Source: Camelus ferus
Lineage: Eukaryota
Direction: 5' to 3'
DNA length: 64,000 bases
Assembly: GCF_009834535.1 (NCBI RefSeq)
Contig: NC_045696.1
Coordinates: 108,130,001-108,194,000 of the forward strand
The notes under the pieces were generated by a model. That model was not told the origin of the DNA and ran no database searches. It saw nothing but the letters and a program-made list of their open reading frames with translations. Of this stretch, positions 35,086 through 48,275 are shown piece after piece. Position numbers and translations under genes: made by a program. Every line of letters starts with the position of its first letter. The stretch's first letter is position 1.

Positions 35086-36745
35086 GTATTCAGTATTATT
35101 TTAAAGCCCTCTTTCACCAAGGGTCTCTAATAGGAGATGTAAATCACTGGCCTTACTGGACTTACGCAACCCAGCTCAGGGCACCCGGACCTTCTGCCTG
35201 TTGTCAGCGGGCAACGCTGTAGGAACCATCTCCAGTAGGAAAGAACCAACATCAGGAAGTCTGGTCTTGTATTTCTTAATTGATTATGTACATATCACAC
35301 ACCACTCAAATCAGTTAGTAAATTGAGATTCGTCACAGGTGCAATATTATTTCTCCCAGGTCTGTGAGTACTGGCAAGTCTCCTGGACAGCCCTTTTAGT
35401 TTCATTCCCTCTGTATGTGTGTGTGCGCTGCGCGCGTGCGTGTGTGTGTGCGTGCCCCAAATTCAGTGACCTTGTCTTGAACTGTTTCCTAGAATTCATT
35501 TCATAGTCAAAGGATTAACTCAGTGGAATCACAGGGGTAGAGAGTGAAGAGTTGCTTTTCATTTTTTAGAAATCAACCACTTCTTCTCAGTTATAAAATC
35601 CTTTCAAGACCCTAAATCTGTAGTCATGGGCTTATTAAAAGCAAGTTACAATTACAAGCATGCTTGTCTGCTTCCCTCCCTCTTAGTGTCTGTGTCTAGT
35701 GCTCATTTTTTCTTTTTTTTTTTTTCTTATGAACCTTTATACATATTTAATGTGAATCTTAATGATTTGATTACGATGGCATAATTACATAATTGGAATG
35801 TATTGTGCATGCTGGCGGGAAGGAGTCTGGAAGGTGCTCAGTGAGTGACGTTACATAAACAGAATAATAATGATGGTGAGATTGAGAATGAGGCTAATGA
35901 GAAAATGATTAGAAAAACTTGGAAGAAACGGACACTTGTGGAAATGAGAGGGTAGCATTTCTCTTGCTGTGATGATTCAGATTCATTTCGTCTCCGAGAC
36001 TGAGGCTTCTAAGAATCGATGCTCTTAGAATGAGGTGGGTTCAGATGGTGGGGTTTTTTGGAGGCCGCTTTGGAGATGTGTGATGGGCCCAAGCCCTACT
36101 CGTCTGGGCATGAAATGAGTCCGACTCATAAACAAGCTCTGATACATTGCTTCTTAACATCACTGAGGCAGGACGAGCCCAAGTCTCTTTCTCACCACTG
36201 CCGCCCTTGCCTTGAAATGCTTTTATGTGGCCCATTTGCACGTCATCAGAACATTGAGAGCTCCGTTAATGTGGAATGGAACCACCTTCCCCTCCCTAGT
36301 GCAATTCCACCATCTCTCACTGGTGACATATTGCTACTGAAGAGGAATGGCCCTTAGCCAGTCGTTTTGTGCTCCCAGTTAATGACCACCATTACTGTGT
36401 CATTTGGTCTAGAGAAACATGTCCACTGCCTAGAGCTCTTCCCATAGTAATTGGCCTGGGCAGTGTCATTCTTATTTGATGTTTATTGTATGTTGCTATA
36501 ATCACAATGATTATTTCCCCAACTTAGTTTACTATTAACGTAAAACAAATCTACTCAATGATTCAACAAACACGTATATTTTAAACACCTGATAGGTGCT
36601 AGTTGCTGTGTGATGCAGAAAAGTAGAAGACATGGTGCATATGGTTTAGGAGTTGAAACCTAGACAAGGCATTCATGAAAAGTTCAATATTGCAAGTACT
36701 TACGTGGTGGGTCAGAGAAATGATTCAGAATATTTTCAGTATAAC

Positions 36746-37379
36746 TGTAAGGGAGCAGGCCCTTATGGGGCCTTCTCTGGAATGAACCCTCCAACCATGT
36801 CCTCCACCTGCCTCTTGTCTGTAGAAAAATTTTAGCCTCCTAGGCCTTCCCTGAGTTCCAAAAGAGTCAGTTTAATCAGAGAAGCAAGAAAATGCAGAAA
36901 GAAAGGAAAATAGTCAAGCAAGACAAAATAATAGTTTAGCCACGAAACAAAGTCAAGGACCTTTAGTTCCTCCTCCAGGGCTATAGATAATATTCCAAAC
37001 CATATCCTTCAAGCTGTTTTGCAGATACTGAAACCCTTACCATGTGGAAGAAGTTAACTATGTGCTGCCCACAAGCACGTAAACCCCAGACCAGATGGAA
37101 CCAGAAGGTTGATGATGTTGACTACTGGTTACCTCACCACCAACCAATCAGAAGAATGTCCACGAGTTGATCATGCACCCCAAAACCCCTCCCTCACCTT
37201 ATCTTTAAAAACCTTTCCCTGAAAGCCATCATGGAGTTCGGGTCTTTTGAGCACTAGCCACCTGGACTACTTGCTTGACACCCTGCAGTAAATGCTGCAC
37301 CTTCCTTCACCACAACCTAGTATCAGTAGATTGGCTTTACTGCGTGTGAGCGAGTGGACCCAAGTTTGGTTCGGTAATG
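36746..37379 (+). mobile_element. ERV1-class solo LTR inserted in an antisense L2 remnant
   Basis: Starts TGTAA; CCAAT at ~37144, TATA-like tttaaaa at ~37204, AGTAAA poly(A) variant at ~37287; ends ggttcggtaatg; 4-bp TSD TAAC (36742-36745 and 37380-37383). Confidence 0.85.
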
Positions 37380-37489
37380 TAACCACGCATTCTTGCATCC
37401 ATCAACTTAGTACTTACTCTGTGAACAGCTCAGAGCTAGGGGCAGAATACTGAGATGAATTTGATCAAGATTCTGCCTTCAGGGGGGTT

Positions 37490-37830
37490 TTAGAAGGCAA
37501 TCTGGCAACATCTAGTAAAGAAAAAAAGTGGACGTACTCTGATCCAGAATTTCCATTTCTTGGTTTGTACCCCAGATGGACATTCATTCATGTCCACAGA
37601 AAGGGCATATACAATGACAGTAATGACAGTATTGTTTATAATATAATAGTGCAAACAACCTAAATGTCCAATAGGGAAGTAAATGGAGATTGAAGTCATA
37701 CAGTGAAAATTACACAAAGGTTAAGAAGAAGGAGGAAGGTCTACCATAGATCTTTAGGATACAACTTCAAATTAAGTGGCAAGTAATTATGTATGGTTTC
37801 TTTCCTTTGTGAAGTGGTAAATGTCATAGA
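37490..37830 (+). mobile_element. Old L1ME 3' remnant
   Basis: gaaggcaatctggcaacatcta...tgatccagaatttccatttcttgg...aaacaacctaaatgtccaataggg. Confidence 0.65.
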
Positions 37831-38064
37831 AATGGGTAAATAAAATTCTATGGGAATCCCCGGTGTCCAGTATATACTAGGAGTTAAATTATTTATTGAA
37901 TTGAGCTAAAGTAAAAACTTAGACAAAGGGGAGAGTATTTGAGGCTGGAAGTTCCAGGGCAGGCTTTAATGAGGCAGATGTATTTGAGTTGGTCCTTAAA
38001 AAGGAGAGGTGTTGGGGTTGTAGAGGAAAGGAGTGTCATGCAGATTCTGCAGTGTGAACATCGG

Positions 38065-39110
38065 TGGAAAAATTCCTATGTAAATAATCATGTCATCTAT
38101 GAATAAAGATTTGCTTCCTTTTCAATTTGTATGCCATTTATTTCTTTATCTTGCCTTATTGCACTGGCCGGGACATCCAGTTTGATGTTAACAGAAGTGA
38201 GAGCAGACATTCTTACTTTGTTCTCAGTCTTAGGGGAAAGGTTTTTTGTGGGGAGGGGTGGTGGTGAGAGGTCTGTTTCTTTTATTTACTCATGAATTAG
38301 TGACAGATGTTCTGTATCTGTTGAGGTGATCCTATGGGTTTCCTTTTTGTTCTGTTAGTGTGGTGAAGAATACTATTTATTTCATTCTTTTCTGTATTTT
38401 CTATTTTTAAATCTCTCTCTGTACTTCTGTCTGAATATTTTCAATAGATCCACCTTTTAGACTATGAATTCTTCTTTTGTCAAGGTGGAGGACTGAAACC
38501 CAACCTCCAAACAGCCTAATCCCTGACTGCATTGGCCCCCAGGATTTAGCCCTTCATGCATCTCAAGTGAGAGGAGTGTCTTCTGTGGAGGGATCCATGG
38601 TGTTTAATCTCCCGTCCTCTCCCTGCCTAATGAGCCTGCCCAAAGCTCTATTTGTCTGCTGAGCATCTTCGATTCTCTTTTCTGCCCAACATGCCTTTTT
38701 TAGGAATTAGTAAAACCTTGAGTAGAAAAGTTGTGCAAGATGTTGGCTTCACTCTCTGCATTTCTTTTCTCTCTGGGTTTCTGGAATCATGTGTCCTGGT
38801 TACCTTGCAGTCCTGAACTCCAGTTTTTCCCCATATGTATCTATGACACTGCCTAAAGGTCTGTCAGGTTCTCAGGTACTTACCAGCTGCTTTCTGCTTG
38901 ACTTGCTACATCACTTAAGAAGTGGCAAGTGCCTTGAAGGAAAAAGTGAAATAGAATATTAGAACTCACCTCAGTGAATTTCTCTTCTCTCCAGGTTCTT
39001 GAGCCTTTAAGTCCTAGGGCCTGATGTGTCTCTGGTGTCTTAAAATGGATTTTTCCCCTTATTATTTTTAGTTGCTCTTGGCAGGAGGGCTGCTGTGTTA
39101 CAACAGAAGC
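38065..39110 (-). mobile_element. Old L1M fragments, with a possible LTR piece at ~38478-38660
   Basis: ttatttctttatcttgccttattgcactggccgggacatccagtttgatgtt is antisense L1 ORF2. Confidence 0.6.
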
Positions 39111-40152
39111 ATGTCTCTTTCAGTATCTATCTAATGTCGTTTTAAGATAGAGCCTGGAATTCTGAGTGAGGATCAGCTCAGGGACAGTCTCCTTAGAATA
39201 TTGGACCCACCTGTATCCCACAGTATTGTCAGCCAGTTGAGTTCTTTTCAGAGTGTGTCTAGGCCTTTCTCAGAAACTGGGACTTGGCTCAATCCATGGA
39301 GCAAACTGCTTCTCTGAGAAGAGAAGGTGGTCCTCAAGTATTTGTATCTGAGTTTTGTGCTAGAGTCTTAGGGTCTGAATCCTCCTTTTGTCCACCTTTC
39401 AGGGCAAACATCTTAGCAAAAAGTCTGCATATTATATTGGGGGAGTTCTCTTGTGTTTCACTGTGTATCTTTCTGGGAGCCACAGTCAAGAATTTATTTA
39501 TCAAGATTTAAACTTTATGAATATTTTATTCTCTTTTTTTCTTGAGTGTCAGATTTTAGCTGACATCCTTTCCTGAATTACAGTCATTTAATTCAGTCCT
39601 TGGACTCTTAGATCCTTTCTGTTAATTCAGTCTCACTATGTTGGGCCCTTGAAGAATCACAGCTATGTGGAGGGGCAGGTGAGTGTGAACATGACCAGAG
39701 GAGGGCCAGCACAGGTCGTGGGCCTGAAGACCCAGTTGGCGGAGAAGGTGATGCTTGCTTTACCCAGTAATCGAAGAGGGAAGTCCCTCCTCATATGAGG
39801 TGGTAAGAACTAAGGGTAAGAGATGAGGGGGGTGAATCCACATACTCTTTACAAGATGGGGAAATTCAGGGATATACCATAGAGTCACTTCACAGCTTAG
39901 GACCTTGTTTTGAGAATGGTTTCATCTAGAGTTGGGAGAGCAACCCTGGGCCTGGGTGTGTCTGAGCTCAGAGGTGCTGCAGGTTGGAGATATTTTCCAT
40001 CCTTAGCTCTGGCACTTTACTATCGTCTTAAAAACCATCCTTGGCTAACCTGTAGCCTACTCTCTGAGGAAGGTTCACTTCCTTTGTTGACATGCAAGAT
40101 ACATGTGAATCTGAGTTTGAACTATTGAGACTGGACGTGAGAGATGATTAAA

Positions 40153-40385
40153 GAGATTTGCAGATACTAACTACTACGTAGAAAAAAAATAAACAACAAG
40201 TTCAAATTGTATAGCACAGGGAACTATATTCAATATCTTATAGTAACTTATGATGAAAAAGAATATGAAAATGAATATATGTATGTTCATATATGACTGA
40301 AACATTATGCTGTACACCAGAAGTGGATGCAAAACTGACTATACTTCAATAACAATATATATGTATGTATATACTTAAAAAAAAA
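40153..40385 (+). mobile_element. Young L1 3' end
   Basis: gatttgcagatactaactact...gtatagcacagggaactatattcaatatctt...gactatacttcaat plus A-tail; homologous to 13470-13650 and 33050-33250. Confidence 0.85.
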
Positions 40386-41664
40386 CCCTTTAGTACTGAA
40401 TATTGCAAGGCTCTCAAACAACGAGGACTTCCCCAGAAAAAAACACTGTTCTCTGGGGTTGGAGGTGGTGGTGATGATCCTGAGCATTTCCTAGGGTCTG
40501 CTTCAAGGGGTCTAAATTGAGAGAGGACTGACAAATGTCCTGAGAAAAGGGTACTTCTATTTCCCATGGAAGCCTTGTCTGGAATGTCTATTTTGGAGCT
40601 CAACTACGCACATCCATTGCTCTGTCTCCTATGTCAACCAGATGAACACCATTATATTAATAAAATCTCCTACAATTCTAGAAGCTAGACATGCTATTTC
40701 CTTTTAAAAATTTATTCCAGGATCCCAAAGACTATCACTCCTGAAAAGGGAGTGGTGGCATTAGTAACTCAGGAAGGCAAGGCACCAACATTTATTTAAT
40801 GCTGCCTATGTGCTGGGTGTGTTTTAGGCACTTTGTGTGAGTTTCCTTGTTAAACAAGACAAGGTCTGTGACATGTATGCTTTGCATCTGTACCATCTTG
40901 CCTCATGCTTGTCTTAAATATTACCTTAAAAGAGCTCTGTGTTCTGCTCTTTTCAAAACTGTGTGTTTCAGAGACATGTGTCTGTGAAATTGTAAGCTGG
41001 CATCTGCTGTCCTCCTGTCCCCCACTGAGATTGGCATGGACTGGGTACTCTGTAAGCCTCAAATGAATGCTTGATGAGTGATTGGATCTCCGTGGAAATG
41101 AAGTTCACAGAGACAGAGAACTCCATCCTTCTGCCTCTTAGCTCCCCAGCCCTTCTGATCCCAATTAGGTTGTGTCTACAAAGATAAGCATCTTGAGGAG
41201 GATCTTAGCCAAGTCTTTCTCAGGCACGTTCCACCTGCATTGATGTTTGGAACCACTACAGAAAAGTTATCCTATTCATGTCAAAATCACAAACACTTAA
41301 ACCAGGAAGATCATTATATGACAACAAAATTTAGACCTTGTCATTTAATACTTCAATGGCTTCCTTTGTCTAAAGAAGGGATTCTCAACCTAGTCATCAG
41401 ATTGGAGGAAAAATGGGGCTTTTTAATAGTACAGGTTTCTGGTTTCATCTGATTAACTGGATCTGGGAGGGGGCCAAAGAATTTGTGTTTTCAAATATGG
41501 TACGTGCCTAGGGGATTCGAGATGATTCTGACCTGCTTTAGGCCTCAGTGTAAAGTAAAGCTCCTCAGCGTGGCGGGTAAGACCTTGCTCACCTCTGTAG
41601 ATTCAGCTTCTGCTGCCTCTTGGCGCACACTTTTGCTTCTGCGCACTCCTCTGCCCTTCCCCCA

Positions 41665-41776
41665 ACACACACACACAGACACACACACTCACCCACACAG
41701 AAAAATATACACACACAGACCCACTCACACACACACACTCAGATACACTCAGACATACACACACACCCACACACAT
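41665..41776. repeat. Degenerate (CA)n microsatellite
   Basis: Seen directly; source of the His/Thr and Val/Cys-rich ORFs. Confidence 0.9.
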
Positions 41777-41861
41777 CCCAACATAGCTCTGTAGCTTCCG
41801 TCTGTGCCTTTGCACCCACTGTCCCTTTGCTTGGGACATACTTCGTTTCCTCTAACCCAAC

Positions 41862-42090
41862 TGTGATGGTCAGTTTATGTGTCAACTATAGTACCTTGCT
41901 ATTTGAATAAATGAATCTAGGTGTTGCTGTGAGGGTATTTTGTAGATGTGGTTAACATCTACAGTCAATTGACTTTAAGTAAAGGAGATTATCCTTTTGA
42001 TGATCTAAGTGGGCCTCTTGTAATCAGTAGAAAGACCTTAAGAGCAAAAATAAGATTTCCTTGGAGAAGAAGAATTTCTGTTCATGGACT
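41862..42090 (+). mobile_element. MLT2 (ERVL) LTR 5' fragment
   Basis: tgtgatggtcagtttatgtgtcaact...ctaggtgttgctgtgagggtattttgtagatgtggttaacatc. Confidence 0.75.
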
Positions 42091-42152
42091 TGGGTTTGTG
42101 TATTAGGTTGCCAACAAATGTTCCAATTTTATGAAATAAAGAATTTTGGAAA

Positions 42153-42153
42153 G

Positions 42154-42181
<28 letters not shown>
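42153..42181. repeat. (AT)n microsatellite
   Basis: Seen directly. Confidence 0.95.
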
Positions 42182-42184
<3 letters not shown>

Positions 42185-42254
42185 ATATTAATAAGTGTAT
42201 ATATATTTAATTTATTCTGTTAATTATATTTAATTGCCAATAATAATAGCTAAT

Positions 42255-42460
42255 AACTAACAGGTAGCATTTATTGAGTGTTTACCACATGCACAGCTTT
42301 CTTCCAATGGCATTAACTCATTTAATGTTTACCCAACTTTATGGCTAGATACCCTTATCTCCATTTCATAGATGAGAAACACTAGCATAGACACATCAGC
42401 TAAAGTCAGGATTTATACCCAGGCAATCTGACTCCAGAGCCCATGGTCTAAGCTACTCTC
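42255..42460 (-). mobile_element. MIR SINE
   Basis: gcatttattgagtgtttacc...ttaactcatttaat...ccatttcatagatgagaaacact...tctgactccagagccca. Confidence 0.8.
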
Positions 42461-44349
42461 TTACAATTTTAAATAATATACTTATGTCTTTATTTCTTAT
42501 AGCATCTTCTTCTTCAGTATTTTTGAGAGTAATTTCAATTATAATCATTTCTAGAACAACTTGGATAATGTTGAGTTACTTAGTAGAAAATCCATTTGCT
42601 TCACTTCTTCAAAATTCCAAACTAAACATTAGTTGAAATGATAGTAATGTATGGTACTAATCCTTCCATTTATGAAAATTGCTCTAAAACTTTTGCATAA
42701 TCCTGTGCTTAGAAACTTGCCCTGTTTTTATCTTCATAATTTGTTAGAAAAAAAATCATGTTATATTTACTTTTTGCTCTCTATGTTGTTTTATAGTAGT
42801 ATTTGGCTGAAAGCAATTCAATTCTGGTCTGACCTTATTAATTCACACTTGATGCCCCATGTGGGCTCCAGCGGAAATGTGCCAGCCTACAGTACAACAT
42901 GGCATCCAGCCCAGTCTTTAGTTAATCTCCAAAGACCATGTGTGGATCCACACCCTAAGGTGATTTGGCACCTAAGGATCTAGAAGAAGAAGCAATGAAC
43001 ACTCTAGATGTCTGTGTGCCCAGCTCTGCTTATAGGCTTGGAAGCCAGTCCCACATGAGCTCAGTGCCCAGAAAGTGGGACTCACGTGCAGGCCCCCTCT
43101 GTATCTCCCTCCCCGTTCAGGGTTGGACAACGGCCCCAGGTGCCCCCTGCATGTTTCCCAGCCTGGCTTTGTTTCTTAGCTGCCATGACCTGTGCACTGG
43201 GCTTTGCCAGTTTGCCATCCTCACCACCCCAGCTTGGGGTGTTGGGGCATCATCCCAGTTGTGCCCCAGCCTTATGAGGCAGCTGCTTCAAAGGTGGCCA
43301 GAGCACACACACTGGGTTTGACTTCCGTCTCTGAGATTTGATGGTGTGCAGTGTTGGTGTGGGTGGGTTCCTCAATCTTGCTGAGTCAATTTCCACATCT
43401 GTAAAAACAGAGCTGATGTTCCCTTTCCAGGATGTTAGGTTTAAATTAGATTAGTGCTGTGGGCTATCACGGGCTCCCATCAGGCAGCAGAGAGAAGTAC
43501 AGAGCCTGGGGAAGGGTATCAGAAAGGTCTTCCTGGAGGAAATTATACTTAAACAGAGTCTTAAAAATAACAAATATAATTAGCCTGGCCCAAAATGGGC
43601 GTGTGTGTATGTGTGTGTGTGTGTGTACGTGGGTGGTCAGAAAAGGGATAGGGCCACCTGAGACAAGGAAGGACTTGGATGCAAAAAATATAATGACATT
43701 TACACAAGAAAGCCGTGCATAGGTCTGTGGGCTAGAGGGTAAAAGTTTGAGACAAAGAATAATGAGGAATGGGATTGGAGAAGCACCCAAGACTCTGAAT
43801 GACATAAGCAGAGAGGCTGGGAACACTCCGATGTTCAGGTTTTAGTTCTGATAAAGTTGAATTTGCTATTTATTTAAATCTTGTATATCAGCATTGGAGG
43901 GACCATATAGATGGCCTTACCTTACAAAATAGAAAAACCGAAGCCCAAAGAGGGCCACTTTTGAAAGTGATATGGTTTGTTTGTGGCCGATCGTGAACCA
44001 CAGCTTCTTGCCTCCTCATAGGTCAGTCTTGCCACGTCCACATTCTCCACTCCTTCCTCATTCAGACACATCTCTTTCCTGGTCTTGGTTGTGTCTGTGT
44101 AGTTTGTTGACAACTCGGACATACATACAGCCCATAGTCTGTATTCTTTTCTGTTTCATCAAAGTAATACTCGGTCTTGGTTTTAAGAGTCGAACGGTGC
44201 CAGGATGCTTGTAATGAAACACAGCAGTAGAGGTCCCCCGAGGGCAGTCTTCCCTGGGTATAAATTGACAGCAGGCTTGGTGATATGCCTCCTCCCCAGG
44301 GAGGGGATGCTCAGGAGGAAGTTGGTGAATGACACCTCAAATCTGAGTG

Positions 44350-44780
44350 TAGGATGTTATTAGGTACAGTGTCTGGGGCCAGACTTCCTGGGTTCAGATC
44401 TGACCTGCCACTTCCTAGTCACGTGACTTTGGGTACCACCAACCCACACTCCCCGTGTTTGGTGTTCTCTGCACAGTGCAAGGTGCTGCAGAGAATCCAA
44501 AGGGGGTTCCCGGATAACCCTGGCTCCTCAAGGAGCTCTCAGGCCATCGGGGGAAGGGAGTAAGAGGCAAACGTAGAGAAGGTCCCTGACAAGTGGAGAG
44601 AATACTTGTAATTACACCCCGGAGTTAGATGAACTGGGGTTCAAGCTGTGATGTTCTAGCTGTGATGCCTCCAGGAGGTTACCTTCCTTGAGCCTCAGTG
44701 TTCCTTCTGAACAATAAGGTAATGATGAATACCTCTTTCATTGAATCATTGTGAGGATTAAATAAGACAAATGGATGAAA
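44350..44780 (+). mobile_element. Two MIR fragments (44350-44470 and 44620-44780)
   Basis: ggggccagacttcctgggttcagatctgacctgccacttcctagtcacgtgactttggg; gagcctcagtgttccttctg...ttgtgaggattaaataag. Confidence 0.75.
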
Positions 44781-45539
44781 GGAGGAGGAGGTAAAGGAAT
44801 CCACCAAGGTGCTGTGAAACAAGCAAGGGATCTATCCTTAGCCAGAGTTTGAAAAATTCCTGGAAGACAGAAAGCAGATGGGATCACTCTGCAGAAACCG
44901 AAGGGCAGAAAAAAGTCATAGCCCACAACACAGAGAGCAGAAAACTACCATGGAAGGAATAGAAATTCCAGAAATATTTTAAGCACAGACTCAACAAATA
45001 GAGAGACCTGGAGGGGCTTTGGGGCAACCATCAGGTTAATTAACAAAGCTTCATATTTGGAACAGCTGAGCCCTCCGGACCCCTTTCCCTCCCCACACCT
45101 ACTGAGCAGAGTGCATGGGTGATGTTTAGATCCAGGATAAAATCTCCAGAAGGGGAGAAACAACAGAGGCAGAACAAGGAGAGGAAGAACAGAGCCCGAA
45201 GCAATCCCAGACATCCAAGGAACGAAGAAAGAAAAAAAAAAAAAAAAAAAAAAAAAAAGAAGAGGACTGAGTCATGCCTGTGTCCCCAGAATAAACTTTG
45301 AGCACAGCTGTCTGAAGCAGGAGGAGTCCTGACCCAGCAAACTCAGATGGGTGGTTGGGCCAGAGATGGAGAGAAATGACTCTGGATGACTGACACTCCT
45401 GCAGGGGTGAGCCCTCCTTCGCAGAAGGCAAGCAAGCTGCTCAGCTACTAGTTTGCAGTTCCTACCCTCCACCTCCCTGTGCTCCCCGCCCCCCAACCCC
45501 AAGTCGCCCAAGGCAGCTGGAATCAGCACTTATGCACTC

Positions 45540-46190
45540 AGGCAAACAGGAATTTCAAATTCAAGTGCAAACAATAGTTAAGAATGTCCAAACATTTAAC
45601 GAAAACAAACATCATTAAAAAGAAGAGCCCAAGTCAACAAATAAAATAGCTAACATCTATGGGAAGGGAGAAATAACTTTAAAATAAGTGTAATTAATAT
45701 TCAGATATGAGAGGCTGGTACACCATCAATTAAGAATGAGTGATATGAAAAAGAATTCATTAGGATTCCATGATTACCAGCTAGTTTTGAAAATTTAATG
45801 GATGTGCCGAATAGCAGCATGGGCACAGATAAAGACAGAATTCATGAATTAGAGTTTTAAAAAAAAAAAAAGAAAAAAGTGGAGACTAGGGTGCATGGAA
45901 GAGAGAAAATAAAGAAACAAAAGGAGAAACCTTAAAACTGAAAAAACCCTGCATGTTTTCAGGTTAGAAAGGGTCACAGAGAGACATGAAAAATAGATGA
46001 CCAAACACTCACAACCAGATACAACCCAGTGCCATTGTAGAACATGGAGAACAGAAGAACATACTAAAAGCTTCTGCAGAGAAAAATAACTATTTAGCTA
46101 TGAGGGAGCAGGATTCAGGTGGGCATTTCATTTCTTTGCTAATCCTGGAAGCTCAAGGTCAGTGGTATCGAATCTCCCAGTTTCTAAGGG
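45540..46190 (+). mobile_element. Old L1ME ORF1 remnant
   Basis: A-rich; tttcaggttagaaagggtcacag...actaaaagcttctgcagagaaaa. Confidence 0.5.
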
Positions 46191-46216
46191 GAAATATTAC
46201 CCCCTATAGTTCTGCA

Positions 46217-46710
46217 TTGTGCCGGTACCCATGGCCACGTCATCCCTTTGCCCATCTCTGGTTCCCCACCACTGCCCCGAGGCTGCAGTGGCGAATTGTC
46301 TGCGAGCTCACTGACTTCCTGCTACCAGCCTACCTCCTCAAGGTCAAGTTGTGAGTCTTCTTCCTGCCCCAGGATCTTCTCTGATGAACTCCTTGAAGAT
46401 CAGCCCAGAGTGGGGTGAGTTACAGCCCCTGGGGGCAATCCTCCAACCCTCCACTGGTTGGTGATGGGAGCTGGTGGAAAACCGCCCAGCCCAGTGTTCT
46501 TCAGGGGCACGATCCCAGAAGGGTGTCTGTCCTACACACTTCTCAGTGGGTCCTGGTAGCGTGGAGCCGCCAACCTCTGGGAACTTCCTCAGTGTCACAC
46601 CCTCATACTGACTTCCCTCCCCGCCCTGTCTGAGATCACCTCACAAATAAACTACCTACACCCAAGTCCTTATCTCAGGCTCAGCTGTGGGAGGAACCCA
46701 AACACACACA
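46217..46710 (+). mobile_element. LTR16A-like ERVL LTR
   Basis: 3' end gagatcacctcacaaataaactacctacacccaagtccttatctcaggctcagctgtgggaggaacccaaac. Confidence 0.7.
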
Positions 46711-47701
46711 TCTGCTACTTAGCTACGTTCAGGTGTCAGGGCAATGCGATGACACGCTGAGCCGTGCGGGGACTCGGAGCATGTAGAGCGGGTAGACCGT
46801 CCCCCTCCCGCGCTGACTGAGCCCTCTCTCCGTGTACTGGCCACATAATGCTACAGTGGAGCATGTACCCCCCAAACACAGTCACCCCAAAGAGACTGTG
46901 CAAAGCAGAACAGAGGGTGAAAAGACACGTAAATTGGCAAATATTGGGTTTGGTTTCTCCTCCTCCCCACAAGATCACATCCCCCAACCCTGACCCGCAG
47001 GGACAAGAACTTTGTGGGAGATCCGAGAGCACTTCTTCAAGGGAAAGCTGTCAGCCTTTTGGACAAAGTACCACCCAGGTCCCATCTCCCAGGGATAATA
47101 ACAAAAACAATAATTTTAATAATTATTCAAATTATTCAATTCTAATAATTAAAATTTTCTAAATATTCAAACTATTCAAAGAAAGCTAATTTGAGTAATA
47201 ATTCAAAAGCAATGGCTGGAGCAACTGAGGACTGCAGCCTCTCCTGAGAGAGAGGACTGTGACTCAGAGACCAAAGCTGGGTTTGTGTTTGGGTTGTGCA
47301 CACAGCAGCAGAAGAGGCTCAGGTCCTGAGTGCGCGGCCAGACACGAGGGAGTCCCGTCTGCGAGCAAGCTCTGCAGCTCTGCTTTGCAAGGCACATGTA
47401 TGACAGGGTGGAGGTGGGTGCTGCCAGGCTGGAGTCCTTCCTTCACTCAAGGGACCAGGGGAAGGGGGTACAGGGTTTGTTGCCATGAAAGGGGCAGGCA
47501 TCAGCGTTTCCGGCCAGTTCATTTCTTGTCTTCCAGATTGTAATAAATACTTATCTGCGCAATCATTGAACAGATATTTTTGTTCTCACTTTGTGCAATT
47601 ATAAGTGTTGTAAATTATTGTAACACTCTGGATTCCTGGCCATGCTTGCAGCTGAGGTGTTCTGAGTAAGAAATTATTCCAGCTAACTGAAAGTTTAGTC
47701 C

Positions 47702-48210
47702 TGTGATGGATTTAAAACATAGTCACACATTTTTTGACCCTTTTCCTCTTGAGACGTAGGTTCTATGTTCCCTCTCTTTCAGTCTGGCTGCTTTGACAGT
47801 ACAGTGTCAGAGATGCTCTGTGACTTCGGAGACCAGCTCAGAGAAGGCCATGCAGCTTCTGCCTTGTTCACTGGTGTCCCGAGCCACCATGGAAGCAGTC
47901 TCCTTACTTTGGAGACGCCATGTTGACTGGCCATGTGTGGACCCTCAGGCCAACTGTCCTAGCCAAGCTCAGCATTTCCATTCATCCTCAGTAAGGTGCT
48001 AGGCATATGAGGGAACCATCTTGGCCCCTCCAGCCCATTCCCTGGCTGCTACTACTGATTGACTGGTCACTGCTTGTGCAATGGAACAGTTGCCCAGCAA
48101 ATCTTGTCCAAATCCCTACCCTTCAAAACCATAAGCTATAGTAACCTGGTGCTTGTTTCAAGCCACTAAGCTTTGGGACTTGTTATGTAGGAAGAGATAA
48201 TGGGAACAAC
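47702..48210 (+). mobile_element. MaLR MLT1G/H-like LTR
   Basis: tgtgatggatttaaaacatagtcacacattttttgac...tttcaagccactaagctttgggacttgttatgtag. Confidence 0.75.
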
Positions 48211-48275
48211 TGTGGAAATACATTTTAGATGTTTGCCTAGACTCTAGTCTAAGTCACTTTTGGCCCTTCCTTGTT

